DNA of 63,092 nucleotides, counting the filler, from Deltaproteobacteria bacterium (GTDB lineage Bacteria > JAEEML01): the NCBI GenBank assembly GCA_016283195.1. It is 6 parts of 6 records of this genome, joined end to end, with 100 filler letters (N's around TTAATTAATTAA, not from the genome) between each part and the next. Parts side by side here need not be neighbours in the genome. Positions count along the whole stretch, not along the records: positions 1 to 5,914 come from JAEEML010000113.1; positions 6,015 to 30,488 come from JAEEML010000114.1; 4 more parts are not named here. One strand, given 5' to 3'. A program made the translations under genes and the position numbers. The notes beneath the pieces were generated by a model, which searched no databases, was not told the DNA's origin, and worked only from the letters and a program-made list of their open reading frames with translations. Each line of letters begins with the position of its first letter. The first letter of the stretch is position 1. Of the stretch, positions 1 through 7,666 are shown one piece after another.

Positions 1-566
1 ATAAAATCCCGCACAATATTGCGGGCGTTTTCATAAGCATCGGTAGAACGGGCAGCCAAGGTGTGGGCCCCGCGATGCACATTGGAGTTTTCATGAGTAT
101 AATAATAGGAAAGCCGGTCGATCACCGCTTGCGGCCGTTGAGTGGTGGCACCGTTATCGAGCCACACCAGCGGGTAGCCGTTTACGCGCTCGCTTAATAT
201 CGGGAAATCATTGCGAATTTGCGCCAAAGTTTTGCGGCCAATGCGAATGGATTCATCGCTACCGGCCGCCTGAGGCGGCCCAATGTGGCCCGCGCTCAGT
301 GTAGCCGGAGCAGCTTTAGATGCATTAGCGGCACTTTTAGGCTCCACTTTAGGAGCATAAGCCACCGATTCTGGCAAAAGTGGCGCCTCAGGCAGGCTAA
401 CAGGAACACTATGTTGCAAGCTAAAAGCTGCGGCCGGTGCCGGCTCCATGACCTCTTGGCCTACCCTTCCCTGCAAATCGGGAAAGAGGGCACTCGCCAT
501 AGCCGAAATCTCGGCTACCCCGGGCAAGCCAAAGTGCTCCGGGCCAAAAGTCTCAGTTGTAATCAT
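1..566 (-). CDS. Family 2A encapsulin cargo cysteine desulfurase (SufS-like), 5' part; runs off the window start
   Basis: Not in the ORF track. Manual translation from ATG at 566 gives MITTETFGPEHFGLPGVAEISAMASALF, a Pro/Ala-rich linker, then IRNDFPILSERVNGYPLVWLDNGATTQRPQAVIDRLSYYYTHENSNVHRGAHTLAARSTDAYENAR. These are the SufS N-terminal motifs (DFPIL, LDNxATTQ, NVHRG). The start overlaps the encapsulin 3' end. Confidence 0.93.
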   Translation of the reverse strand, partial: MITTETFGPEHFGLPGVAEISAMASALFPDLQGRVGQEVMEPAPAAAFSLQHSVPVSLPEAPLLPESVAYAPKVEPKSAANASKAAPATLSAGHIGPPQAAGSDESIRIGRKTLAQIRNDFPILSERVNGYPLVWLDNGATTQRPQAVIDRLSYYYTHENSNVHRGAHTLAARSTDAYENARNIVRDF

Positions 567-1512
567 AGTATTCACCAACTTCCACATCTTCCAGCACGGC
601 TATGGCATCATCGGCTAAAATGGCGGCCGAGCAATAGAGTGAGAGCAAATATGAAGCCACACCTTTGTCATCTATGCCGCGGAAGCGCACCGAGAGCCCG
701 CGGGAGTGTTCGTTTTTCATTCCGGCTTGGAAGAGGCCGAGAACACCGCGTTTTTCTTCACCGGTGCGGATTAGCAGAATATTGGTCTTGCCGCTTTTAG
801 CAGTGGGATTTTTAAGGCCGTCCACCAGCAATTTATCGGTTGGCACAATGGGAATACCGCGCCAGGTGAGGAAAACTCCGCCGGCAATATTCGCCACCAC
901 CGGCGGCACACCACGTTTAGTGCACTCACGCTCAAAAGCGGCTATGGCCCGCGGGTGAGCCAAGAAGAATGAAGGCTCTTTCCACACTTTGGTAATGAGC
1001 TCATCCAAATCATCCGGCGTTGGCGCCTCATTAAGCGGCTGAATACGCTGCGCAGGAGCAATATTCTTCAAAAGACCGTAATCATCGTTATTTATCAACT
1101 GGCTTTCCTGGCGCTCGCGCAGCGATTCAACGGCCAGAGAGAGTTGCTCCTGCGCCTGGTCATAAGGAGAACTGTACAAATCCTCAATGGCCGTATTGAT
1201 ATTAATAATAGTGGAAATTGAGCTTAAGCGGTACTCCCTGGGCTCGGTCTCATATTTCACATAACCGGCGGGAATAATATCAGATTTTTTGGTCTGGCTG
1301 CATAAGACATCAAGCGGTGTCTCGCCTTCAACCACCTTATTCACCCGGTAAATACCTGTTTCCAGCCCTTTAAATTCCAAAAATTTGGTTAACCATTTGG
1401 GAGTTAAAGCCCCGTATTGCGGCCGAGTTTTGGTAACATTTGCCAAATTATAAGCGGCATTAGCCTCCAAAGCATTAAGCCCGTTTATTTGTTTGCTTTC
1501 TTCGTTTGCCAT
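553..1512 (-). CDS. Family 2A encapsulin shell protein (SrpI / major membrane protein I type)
   Basis: 319 aa with AAYNLANVTKTRPQ...LTPKWL, GIYRVNKV, YETEPREYRLS, QLINNDDYGLL, PTPDDLDELITKVWKEPSFFLAHPRAIAAF, WRGIPIVPTDK and SYLLSLYCSAAIL. No room for a cNMP-binding insert. Adjacent to a cysteine desulfurase; GAGGAG RBS. Confidence 0.93.
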   Translation of the reverse strand: MANEESKQINGLNALEANAAYNLANVTKTRPQYGALTPKWLTKFLEFKGLETGIYRVNKVVEGETPLDVLCSQTKKSDIIPAGYVKYETEPREYRLSSISTIININTAIEDLYSSPYDQAQEQLSLAVESLRERQESQLINNDDYGLLKNIAPAQRIQPLNEAPTPDDLDELITKVWKEPSFFLAHPRAIAAFERECTKRGVPPVVANIAGGVFLTWRGIPIVPTDKLLVDGLKNPTAKSGKTNILLIRTGEEKRGVLGLFQAGMKNEHSRGLSVRFRGIDDKGVASYLLSLYCSAAILADDAIAVLEDVEVGEYYDYN

Positions 1513-1574
1513 TTTTTTCTCCTCAAAATAGTGCTTGTTTATAGCGCTTCTGGCGCGTTAACTATTTAAAATAA

Positions 1575-3038
1575 TTACAATCTCCCGCCTTCATCGGGAA
1601 AGACAAGATCCTTCATGGCGTCAACTCCGCCCTTTAAGCTAAAAAGCGGCCCTTTGTAACCGGCTTCGCGCAAAGTATTTACAGCCAAAATGCTGCGCTG
1701 CCCCTCTTTACAAATAAAAACCGTATCATGTTCAGGAGTTAACTCTTTTTGCCGCCTGGCCAATTGGCCAATGGGGATAACAATAGCCCCCGGGAAACGA
1801 GTAATGGCTCTTTCATGTGGCTCCCGCACATCGACAATAGTTATAGCCTCGCCGGCCGTTAGGCGATGCAGCAACTCCTCCGGGGTAATATTCTCCACTG
1901 CCGGCGCCGTTTCATCTTTTATAAGGCCGCATAATTCTTCATAATTAATAGCCGCAAGCTCGCTTATTGGCGCTTCTTGCCCGCAAATGGGGCAAGCACT
2001 GTCGCGCCCCACCGGCAGCACTTTGCTATAAAGATTCAGTGTATCAAAAGTAAGCAGCTTACCGCTGAGCGACTCACCGATGCCGATAATGATCTTTAAA
2101 GCCTCATTGGCTGCTATGCTGCCGATAATACCACCTAAGGGGCTGATGCTCCCACCCTCGGCACAAGTCGGCACAAGACCCGGCGCCGGCGGCTCGGGAA
2201 AGAGGCAGCGTAAACAGGGCCCGCCGCGCAAATTGAAGACACTAACCAGCCCCTCATATTGATAAATGGCGCTAAACACTAGCGGGATCCCGCTCAAAAC
2301 GCAGGCATCGTTCAACAAATACCTGGTTTTATAATTATCGCTACAATCCATTACCAAATCAAAGCCGGTAATGAGAGCCATGGCGTTATCGGCGGTAACC
2401 TGTTGATTTTCGGCAATAACTTCAATGCTTTTATTGATATTTCTTATGCTATCGCGAGCTGAGGCCACCTTCGGGCGCTTAATATCGCGCAGGCCGTGAA
2501 TAACCTGATTTTGTAAATTGCCCAGTGTAACTTCATCAAAATCAATAACTTTTATGGTGCCCACCCCGGCGGCTGCCAAATACTGAATCACCGGCGCTCC
2601 CAAAGCCCCGGCACCTACCACCGCCACCCGAGCGGCTTTTAAGCGCTTTTGCCCTTTTACGCTGATTTCGCGCAGTAAAAGATGCTTATTATAGCGCTCA
2701 ATCTCCTCGTCATTCAGGCTCACCGCTTTGCGCCGCTCTTCGGTGATAATACTTTGCGCCTCCTCCGGCGCACCACCGGCAATAAGCGGCAATAGCAAAA
2801 TTGGAGCACCAGCCGGTAACTTTTCGGCATGGCGTGCGGCAGACGTAAAATCTTCTTTGTTTACAAATACTTTGACAAAGTGCCGCAGCTTGCCGTTTTC
2901 GTCATAAAGGCCTTTTTCGGCATCCGGGTAAGCAGCAATAAGATTTTTTAGCACTTCTCCTACAGTCTCACCGGCGGCTTCCACCCGAGAAAGGCGTCCG
3001 AAAAACGACCTAAGTGTAGCCGATATAATAACTTGCAT
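1575..3038 (-). CDS. Three-domain fusion: CysO/MoaD-like ubiquitin-fold sulfur carrier + MoeB/ThiF (E1-like) adenylyltransferase + rhodanese (MoeZ-like)
   Basis: aa 1-89 form a beta-grasp domain ending LLPLIAGG. The E1 domain has GAGALG, DFDEV, DCSDN, Zn pairs CLRC/CPIC and PTCAEGG. The C-terminal rhodanese has IVDVREPHE...CKEGQRS...SLKGG. Confidence 0.92.
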   Translation of the reverse strand: MQVIISATLRSFFGRLSRVEAAGETVGEVLKNLIAAYPDAEKGLYDENGKLRHFVKVFVNKEDFTSAARHAEKLPAGAPILLLPLIAGGAPEEAQSIITEERRKAVSLNDEEIERYNKHLLLREISVKGQKRLKAARVAVVGAGALGAPVIQYLAAAGVGTIKVIDFDEVTLGNLQNQVIHGLRDIKRPKVASARDSIRNINKSIEVIAENQQVTADNAMALITGFDLVMDCSDNYKTRYLLNDACVLSGIPLVFSAIYQYEGLVSVFNLRGGPCLRCLFPEPPAPGLVPTCAEGGSISPLGGIIGSIAANEALKIIIGIGESLSGKLLTFDTLNLYSKVLPVGRDSACPICGQEAPISELAAINYEELCGLIKDETAPAVENITPEELLHRLTAGEAITIVDVREPHERAITRFPGAIVIPIGQLARRQKELTPEHDTVFICKEGQRSILAVNTLREAGYKGPLFSLKGGVDAMKDLVFPDEGGRL

Positions 3039-3039
3039 C

Positions 3040-3489
3040 TTAATAATTCTCCATACCGATACTTAAGGGCAGCTCACTGGCCTTTTCCCCAAAACTCGCC
3101 TTTTTCCAGAGAGCCCAATTAGGACAACCGGCGGCCCTAGCCGTCATAATGAGGTAAATCATGCCCGGTATCATATAGTGCTCGTCCTCGTTTGAAGGCC
3201 TTGGGACTTTATTTATATGAGAATGAAAAAAGCCAATAATATCATAGCCCATATCCGCATATTTTATTTCATAATCATATAATTCAAGCGGATTAATGCT
3301 ATAGTGGGCTCCGGCTTTTTCAGCCATGAGACTATTTTTTATGCCGGCATAGGTCGTTATTGTTGATGCTGGAGTACTGCTAAAAGCCCGCAGTAAAAGG
3401 CCGCAGCATTCTTCCGGATAAGCCGCCAGTGCATAGCTGGCCAGTTCTCGCTGCGTATTTTTGGGCAATATGTAAAGCGCCTCTGGCAT
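3040..3489 (-). CDS. JAB/MPN+ (M67, Mec-like) metallopeptidase
   Basis: YPEECCG plus an intact JAMM motif HSH-x7-S-x2-D (HSHINKVPRPSNED). Its stop is 1 nt from the next start. Confidence 0.9.
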   Translation of the reverse strand: MPEALYILPKNTQRELASYALAAYPEECCGLLLRAFSSTPASTITTYAGIKNSLMAEKAGAHYSINPLELYDYEIKYADMGYDIIGFFHSHINKVPRPSNEDEHYMIPGMIYLIMTARAAGCPNWALWKKASFGEKASELPLSIGMENY

Positions 3490-3533
3490 TGGCCTTCCCT
3501 TTGTTTAAGCGGTAGTAGCCACAAAAGTTGCTG

Positions 3534-3588
3534 CCTACCGAAACAGTAGGAATACATATTCCATACTAACCTACTATGTCAATAGGTT
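3534..3588 (-). promoter_or_regulatory. Promoter region with two palindromic operator boxes CCTAC-N7-RTAGG
   Basis: CCTACCGAAACAGTAGG at 3534-3550 and AACCTACTATGTCAATAGGTT at 3568-3588. The second contains a minus-strand TTGACA (3577-3582). Confidence 0.6.
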
Positions 3589-3651
3589 TTTATTTGTCGC
3601 TTAACACTCTATTAATGGGCTAAAATGAGCATATTTATTTTGAGCTGATGA

Positions 3652-4581
3652 TTATATTTTGTCCGCTGTATCTGCCAAAGCAAGTGGTGGATTTTCCTGC
3701 TTTTTTTCTCTATAAAACAGCCACAAAACTATAATAAGCATGGGAATCATAGAAATAATTCCGATTTGTGCCGGCCCCAAAATCATGTACTCGCCATAAT
3801 CGGCTCCCAGCAGGAGCAGCGGTAAAGCGCCGGCCGCATTGGTGGCGCCATGAAAAAGCGCCGGAGCCAAAATAGAGCCGGTTTTTAGCCGAAAATAGGC
3901 CAAAAGAGCACCCATTAAAATAGTGCTGAGACAAAAGAGCGGTGGCCCGGCCCAGGGGCTACCAAAGTAGTTTTCCCCATATTCATAGCCGATTAAAATA
4001 ATGATCGGCCAATGCCAAATACCCCACAAAGTGCCGCCGAGCACCAAACTCTTAACTGTACCGAGTTTATTGTTTAAATATGGGTAGATATAACCTCGCC
4101 AGGCCACTTCTTCACCCAAAGCCGGTATGGCATTAATAAATGGAACAACAGTTAACGTTTGAGCTAAAGATATAAAAAAGTAGCCGATCGGAGTCAGGCC
4201 TTTGTCAGTTAAAATTTTCATTAAATCAACTTGCTGCGCGCTTAGCTCCTTGGTTAAGTAACCGGCATTTGTATCAAAAGCCGCAGGAAAGCACAAAAAG
4301 AAAAGCAGTGCCCCCAAAAGAGAAATCAAAGCCGGTAAATAGCAAGCGCCCAGCCAATAGCGCCACTTGCCTTTTAGCTCTACTTTCCAACCAAGGCCGG
4401 CAAAAGTACGCCTAGCAATTAAAAGCGCCAGCATGGGCATAAACATCGAAACCATAAGCAAAGGCTCGCTAAGCGTCGGCCATTTATATTTCGCCAAGAT
4501 AGCAAAACCTTGCGCTATCCAGCCAAGCACAAAAGTAAGAATCAGAGTAATTATAAATACTTTTTTAGATGACTTATCCAT
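3652..4581 (-). CDS. CPBP (CAAX protease/Abi) family intramembrane glutamic endopeptidase
   Basis: Multi-pass membrane protein with EEVAWRG, WGIWHWP and FHGATN motifs; start taken at MDKSS. Confidence 0.88.
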   Translation of the reverse strand: MDKSSKKVFIITLILTFVLGWIAQGFAILAKYKWPTLSEPLLMVSMFMPMLALLIARRTFAGLGWKVELKGKWRYWLGACYLPALISLLGALLFFLCFPAAFDTNAGYLTKELSAQQVDLMKILTDKGLTPIGYFFISLAQTLTVVPFINAIPALGEEVAWRGYIYPYLNNKLGTVKSLVLGGTLWGIWHWPIIILIGYEYGENYFGSPWAGPPLFCLSTILMGALLAYFRLKTGSILAPALFHGATNAAGALPLLLLGADYGEYMILGPAQIGIISMIPMLIIVLWLFYREKKQENPPLALADTADKI

Positions 4582-4776
4582 TTTTGCTCCAAGCACATAA
4601 TGTCATAAAGGACTCAACATCCTTAGGCTTATTAAATACAACCGGTGGGAAAAAGAAATCAAGAGCCCATAAAAAAGCTTGCCACCGGCGTTAATGGCTA
4701 ATACAAAGTTCTTAGCTTTATCGGCCAATTATAGCTGATAAGTTGCTAAAAACACACCTATTTAAAGGAGGAAACC

Positions 4777-5220
4777 ATGGCCACACTGGTAACATTTTTC
4801 AGCGCTAAAGGTCACACCGCCAAAATAGCCAAAGAATGGGCCGAGAAAATCGGCGCCGATATTTTTGAAATTGTCCCCGAAAAGCCCTACACCACCACTG
4901 AAATTCTGTGGATGAACCCGCTGGCTCGCTGCAATAGAGAACAATTTTCCGATAAAGAGGTGCCGCTCAGCGCTGCCAAAGTAGAGGATTTTGCCAAATA
5001 CGACACTGTTTATATCGGCTTCCCCATTTGGTACGGCGCTGCGCCAAAAGTTGTTAATAGTTTTTGCAAAAGCTACGACTGGAGCGGCAAAAAGGTGCAT
5101 GCTTTTGCCACTTCCGGCGGCAGCGGCATCGGCAAAACAGCCGAAAAATTAAAGCCCTTTTTGCCCGGGGCCCAGGAAGTTGATGCCAAGCTCGTAAAAA
5201 GTGTTGCCGATTTGGATTAG
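4777..5220 (+). CDS. Flavodoxin (short, flavodoxin_4 type)
   Basis: FFSAKGHTAKIA, IGFPIWYGAAP, FATSGGSGIG; AAGGAGG RBS. Confidence 0.88.
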   Translation: MATLVTFFSAKGHTAKIAKEWAEKIGADIFEIVPEKPYTTTEILWMNPLARCNREQFSDKEVPLSAAKVEDFAKYDTVYIGFPIWYGAAPKVVNSFCKSYDWSGKKVHAFATSGGSGIGKTAEKLKPFLPGAQEVDAKLVKSVADLD

Positions 5221-5276
5221 GCCTAAGCATAAAGACAAGCATTGGATTTTATTAGCTTCTCGCCCCTCTCTATTTT

Positions 5277-5322
5277 CCCTCACCCCAACAAGTAGCGGAT
5301 TTTATTGGCAGCTCGCCTTTCT
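5277..5322. repeat. Dispersed intergenic repeat (CCCTCACCCC...GCCCTCTC family), copy 1
   Basis: Aligns by eye to the reverse complement of 30773-30819 and 30834-30876, and shares its end motifs with 26197-26245. Confidence 0.6.
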
Positions 5323-5459
5323 TTTCCAATGTAACAAGGTGAGAGGACTGGTTTTGAGGTAGCCGCTAAAGGCAGGCCAAGCTTACATCTTATATTATCC
5401 GCCGGCGGCGAGTTTGCGTTGAATTTACTCTGCCGGTTTGTAAATGGCACTTAACATTT

Positions 5460-5914
5460 TTACTTCGCCCGGTATTTCTTTTCCAGCTTTTTAACATCTT
5501 CCAAGAAGATATCAAAATCGCTCTGGTAAAGCCTATCCTGAATTATACGATAGTTTTCCCACTCAGTTTCCGCATGTTCCTTGGCCACTTCCATGCTGAT
5601 TTTTCCGGCGTTAGTCAGAATCTCCTGCTCATTGGCCACAAGAATACGGTCAAGGTGCCTAGCCCAATCTTCCATCGTCATAGGAATATTGCGACTCGCC
5701 TGCATTTCGGCAAAATCAAGATAGCCGGAAACAATTAGCTCCAAAGCATGAAGTTCATCTTTACTAATATAATTCTTGGCAACCGATACATCTGATTTTC
5801 TGATTTTAGCATCAGGACTGCCCTCCCACGATGTGAGTCCCATGTTTTCTTTATTACTATCGGCCCGCTCATAAATCAGTTCGGCCGCAGTGTGCTTATG
5901 AATTGCCCAATGCA
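5460..5914 (-). CDS. Virulence RhuM family protein, C-terminal part (cut by contig end)
   Basis: HWAIHKHTAAELIYERAD...MGLTSWEG...KSDVSVAKNY...YLDFAEMQA...MTMEDW...QSDFD, characteristic of RhuM. Confidence 0.85.
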
Positions 5915-6014
5915 NNNNNNNNNNNNNNNNNNNNNNNNNNNNNNNNNNNNNNNNNNNNTTAATTAATTAANNNNNNNNNNNNNNNNNNNNNNNNNNNNNN
6001 NNNNNNNNNNNNNN
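5915..6014. other. Artificial contig linker
   Basis: N44-TTAATTAATTAA-N44, with stop codons in all six frames. Confidence 0.99.
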
Positions 6015-6153
6015 AACTGAGGAACGAGCATTGCAGACCTTATTAAAAGCCGGTCACGGGGCGCTTAATAAGGTTATAAAACTGTGACTACACACGTAGG
6101 GCTTTTAGTTTCCCTGTTTTCGGACGCGGGTTCGACTCCCGCCGCCTCCACCA
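6015..6153 (+). ncRNA. ssrA: tmRNA, 3' portion (5' part lost at the contig break)
   Basis: Ends CTACACACGTAG...GGACGCGGGTTCGACTCCCGCCGCCTCCACCA, the tmRNA T-arm and acceptor end, with no tRNA anticodon arm upstream. Confidence 0.88.
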
Positions 6154-6206
6154 TTTAAATTAATTCCGCTAAATTAATTCTGCACTACAAGATTTTTAAC
6201 TGGCAG

Positions 6207-7652
6207 TTATTGTTGGTTTTTTATCTGTAAGTGGCGCTGTGAGATGATCTTTTCAAAAGCGCTGGCAATGGCATCAATGAGTTGATAAAAATTGCTCATA
6301 TCGCCGCTGGGCGGCACTTTATCAGCACTATCGGCATAAAAAAGGCCGATAACTCGCTTGCCGATGTAAATAGGCAAAATAAAGGTCCTTAGCGGCCGAA
6401 TAGGCCCGCCGAGGCGCTTGAAAAAGCTGTCATAAAAACGGCTGGTGGCCGAAAGACTGCCCAAAAACGGCTGCGCATGATTAAAAACTTTGCGGAACTG
6501 CGAGCTCTGGTGCAAAGGAATTTTCATCGTATTGAGATTGGGGTTGCTCTCCATGCCCTCACCGACTGCGGCCCACACTTTGAGGTAATTTTGCTTTTCC
6601 ACCAAAAGCAAAACGCGCGGCCAGGTAACATGAGCATATTCCAACGTAATAGCGGCTATATCATCGCGCGAAGTGGCCAGAGCCAGTTTTTCAAAAGCCG
6701 AAAGCTCTTTAACATCTGCACTATCAGCTATTGTTTCTGCCTGAGCTGCCACATTAGCTGCTTCTGTAGGGGCCACCTCAGTAGCCGCGACTGGAGCGGC
6801 CTCCGGATTCGCGGCTAAAGGCTCCACATAATCATTAGCTACCGGGAGCGGCGCTGGCGCTGGGGTACTGACCTCCGCTTCAGCCGGAGCTGCGGCCGGC
6901 GGTGTGCTCTCGCTATGTTCGATAATGCTGTTTGATTCCGGAGTAGCTTGCAATTCGCTGGTCATTATCGCGGCATGGCGCAAAGCGGCATCCATAGAAA
7001 AAGTATTGCCATCTTCCTGCGAAAACTCAAAACTGGCATAAGTAAAAGCCGGCTCAGCCTCCTTAGGAGCGCTAAAATCGCTGTCATCACCGCTATCGAG
7101 CGGGCCGAGTTCATCGCCGAAACTAAGTTCGTTTAAATCTTCAAAAGATGAAGAATCGCTTGCGGCTTCATTATCGGCAACATCGGAGCCAACCACCTCA
7201 TTTTCGCAAAGATTACGAATTGTTTCGTTAACATAAAAATGTTGTATGGCTTGCTGAATCTGGCTGTCGGTGGCAATCACCGGCACAATTTTGAGGCCGG
7301 TTTGCTCCTTTATTTGAGCCAAATCTTCTTCTTTGGTCGGGTCAAAGATGGCCAGGTAGAGATAATTGCCGTTTTTGCGCAACGGAAAAACTTTTTTATC
7401 GCAAGCCAGCTCCATATCCACGGCGGAGAGGGCCTCCGGACTAACGCTGGCAAAATCTTCGGCATCGGCCAGGGGCAAATTGTACTCGGCCGATAAATAG
7501 GCGGCCAGATGGTGATCGGCAATAAAGCCCAGTTCCACCAGTTTGGAAAGCAAAGTGCCGCCATAGACAATATGGGCATTCATGGCCTCTTCTATTTGCG
7601 GCAGAGTAATATAACCGGCTTTATGAAGACCTAAGGCTAAGGCTAATGACAC
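6207..7652 (-). CDS. MshEN/T2SSE_N domain protein with acidic linker and C-terminal GAF-like domain (no ATPase)
   Basis: N-terminal L..AGYIT..QIEEAM...LVELGFI...LAAYLS, then VFPL...LYLAIFDP; acidic Ala/Pro linker; C-terminal ILPIYIGKRVIGLFYAD. Confidence 0.7.
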   Translation of the reverse strand: MSLALALGLHKAGYITLPQIEEAMNAHIVYGGTLLSKLVELGFIADHHLAAYLSAEYNLPLADAEDFASVSPEALSAVDMELACDKKVFPLRKNGNYLYLAIFDPTKEEDLAQIKEQTGLKIVPVIATDSQIQQAIQHFYVNETIRNLCENEVVGSDVADNEAASDSSSFEDLNELSFGDELGPLDSGDDSDFSAPKEAEPAFTYASFEFSQEDGNTFSMDAALRHAAIMTSELQATPESNSIIEHSESTPPAAAPAEAEVSTPAPAPLPVANDYVEPLAANPEAAPVAATEVAPTEAANVAAQAETIADSADVKELSAFEKLALATSRDDIAAITLEYAHVTWPRVLLLVEKQNYLKVWAAVGEGMESNPNLNTMKIPLHQSSQFRKVFNHAQPFLGSLSATSRFYDSFFKRLGGPIRPLRTFILPIYIGKRVIGLFYADSADKVPPSGDMSNFYQLIDAIASAFEKIISQRHLQIKNQQ

Positions 7653-7666
7653 GCAACGCTCCTAAT

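Noticed and set aside
219-800. 193-aa plus-strand ORF and many other short antisense ORFs in the track
   Set aside because: They are shadows of well-supported genes on the opposite strand or in another frame (here the desulfurase and encapsulin) and have no recognisable motifs.
553-1512. HK97-fold gene as a prophage capsid
   Set aside because: No terminase, portal or tail genes; motifs and the adjacent desulfurase indicate an encapsulin.
1575-3489. E1 + JAB as an antiphage system (CBASS Cap2/Cap3 or Bil type)
   Set aside because: No E2 domain or cyclase; the rhodanese and desulfurase point to sulfur transfer.
5915-6014. Repeated TTAATTAATTAA within N runs (five places)
   Set aside because: Artificial six-frame-stop contig linker. 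ORF-track proteins ending in X...LIN are artefacts of it.
6015-6153. A tRNA gene at the contig start
   Set aside because: Only the T-arm and acceptor end are tRNA-like; the upstream sequence fits the tmRNA 3' region.
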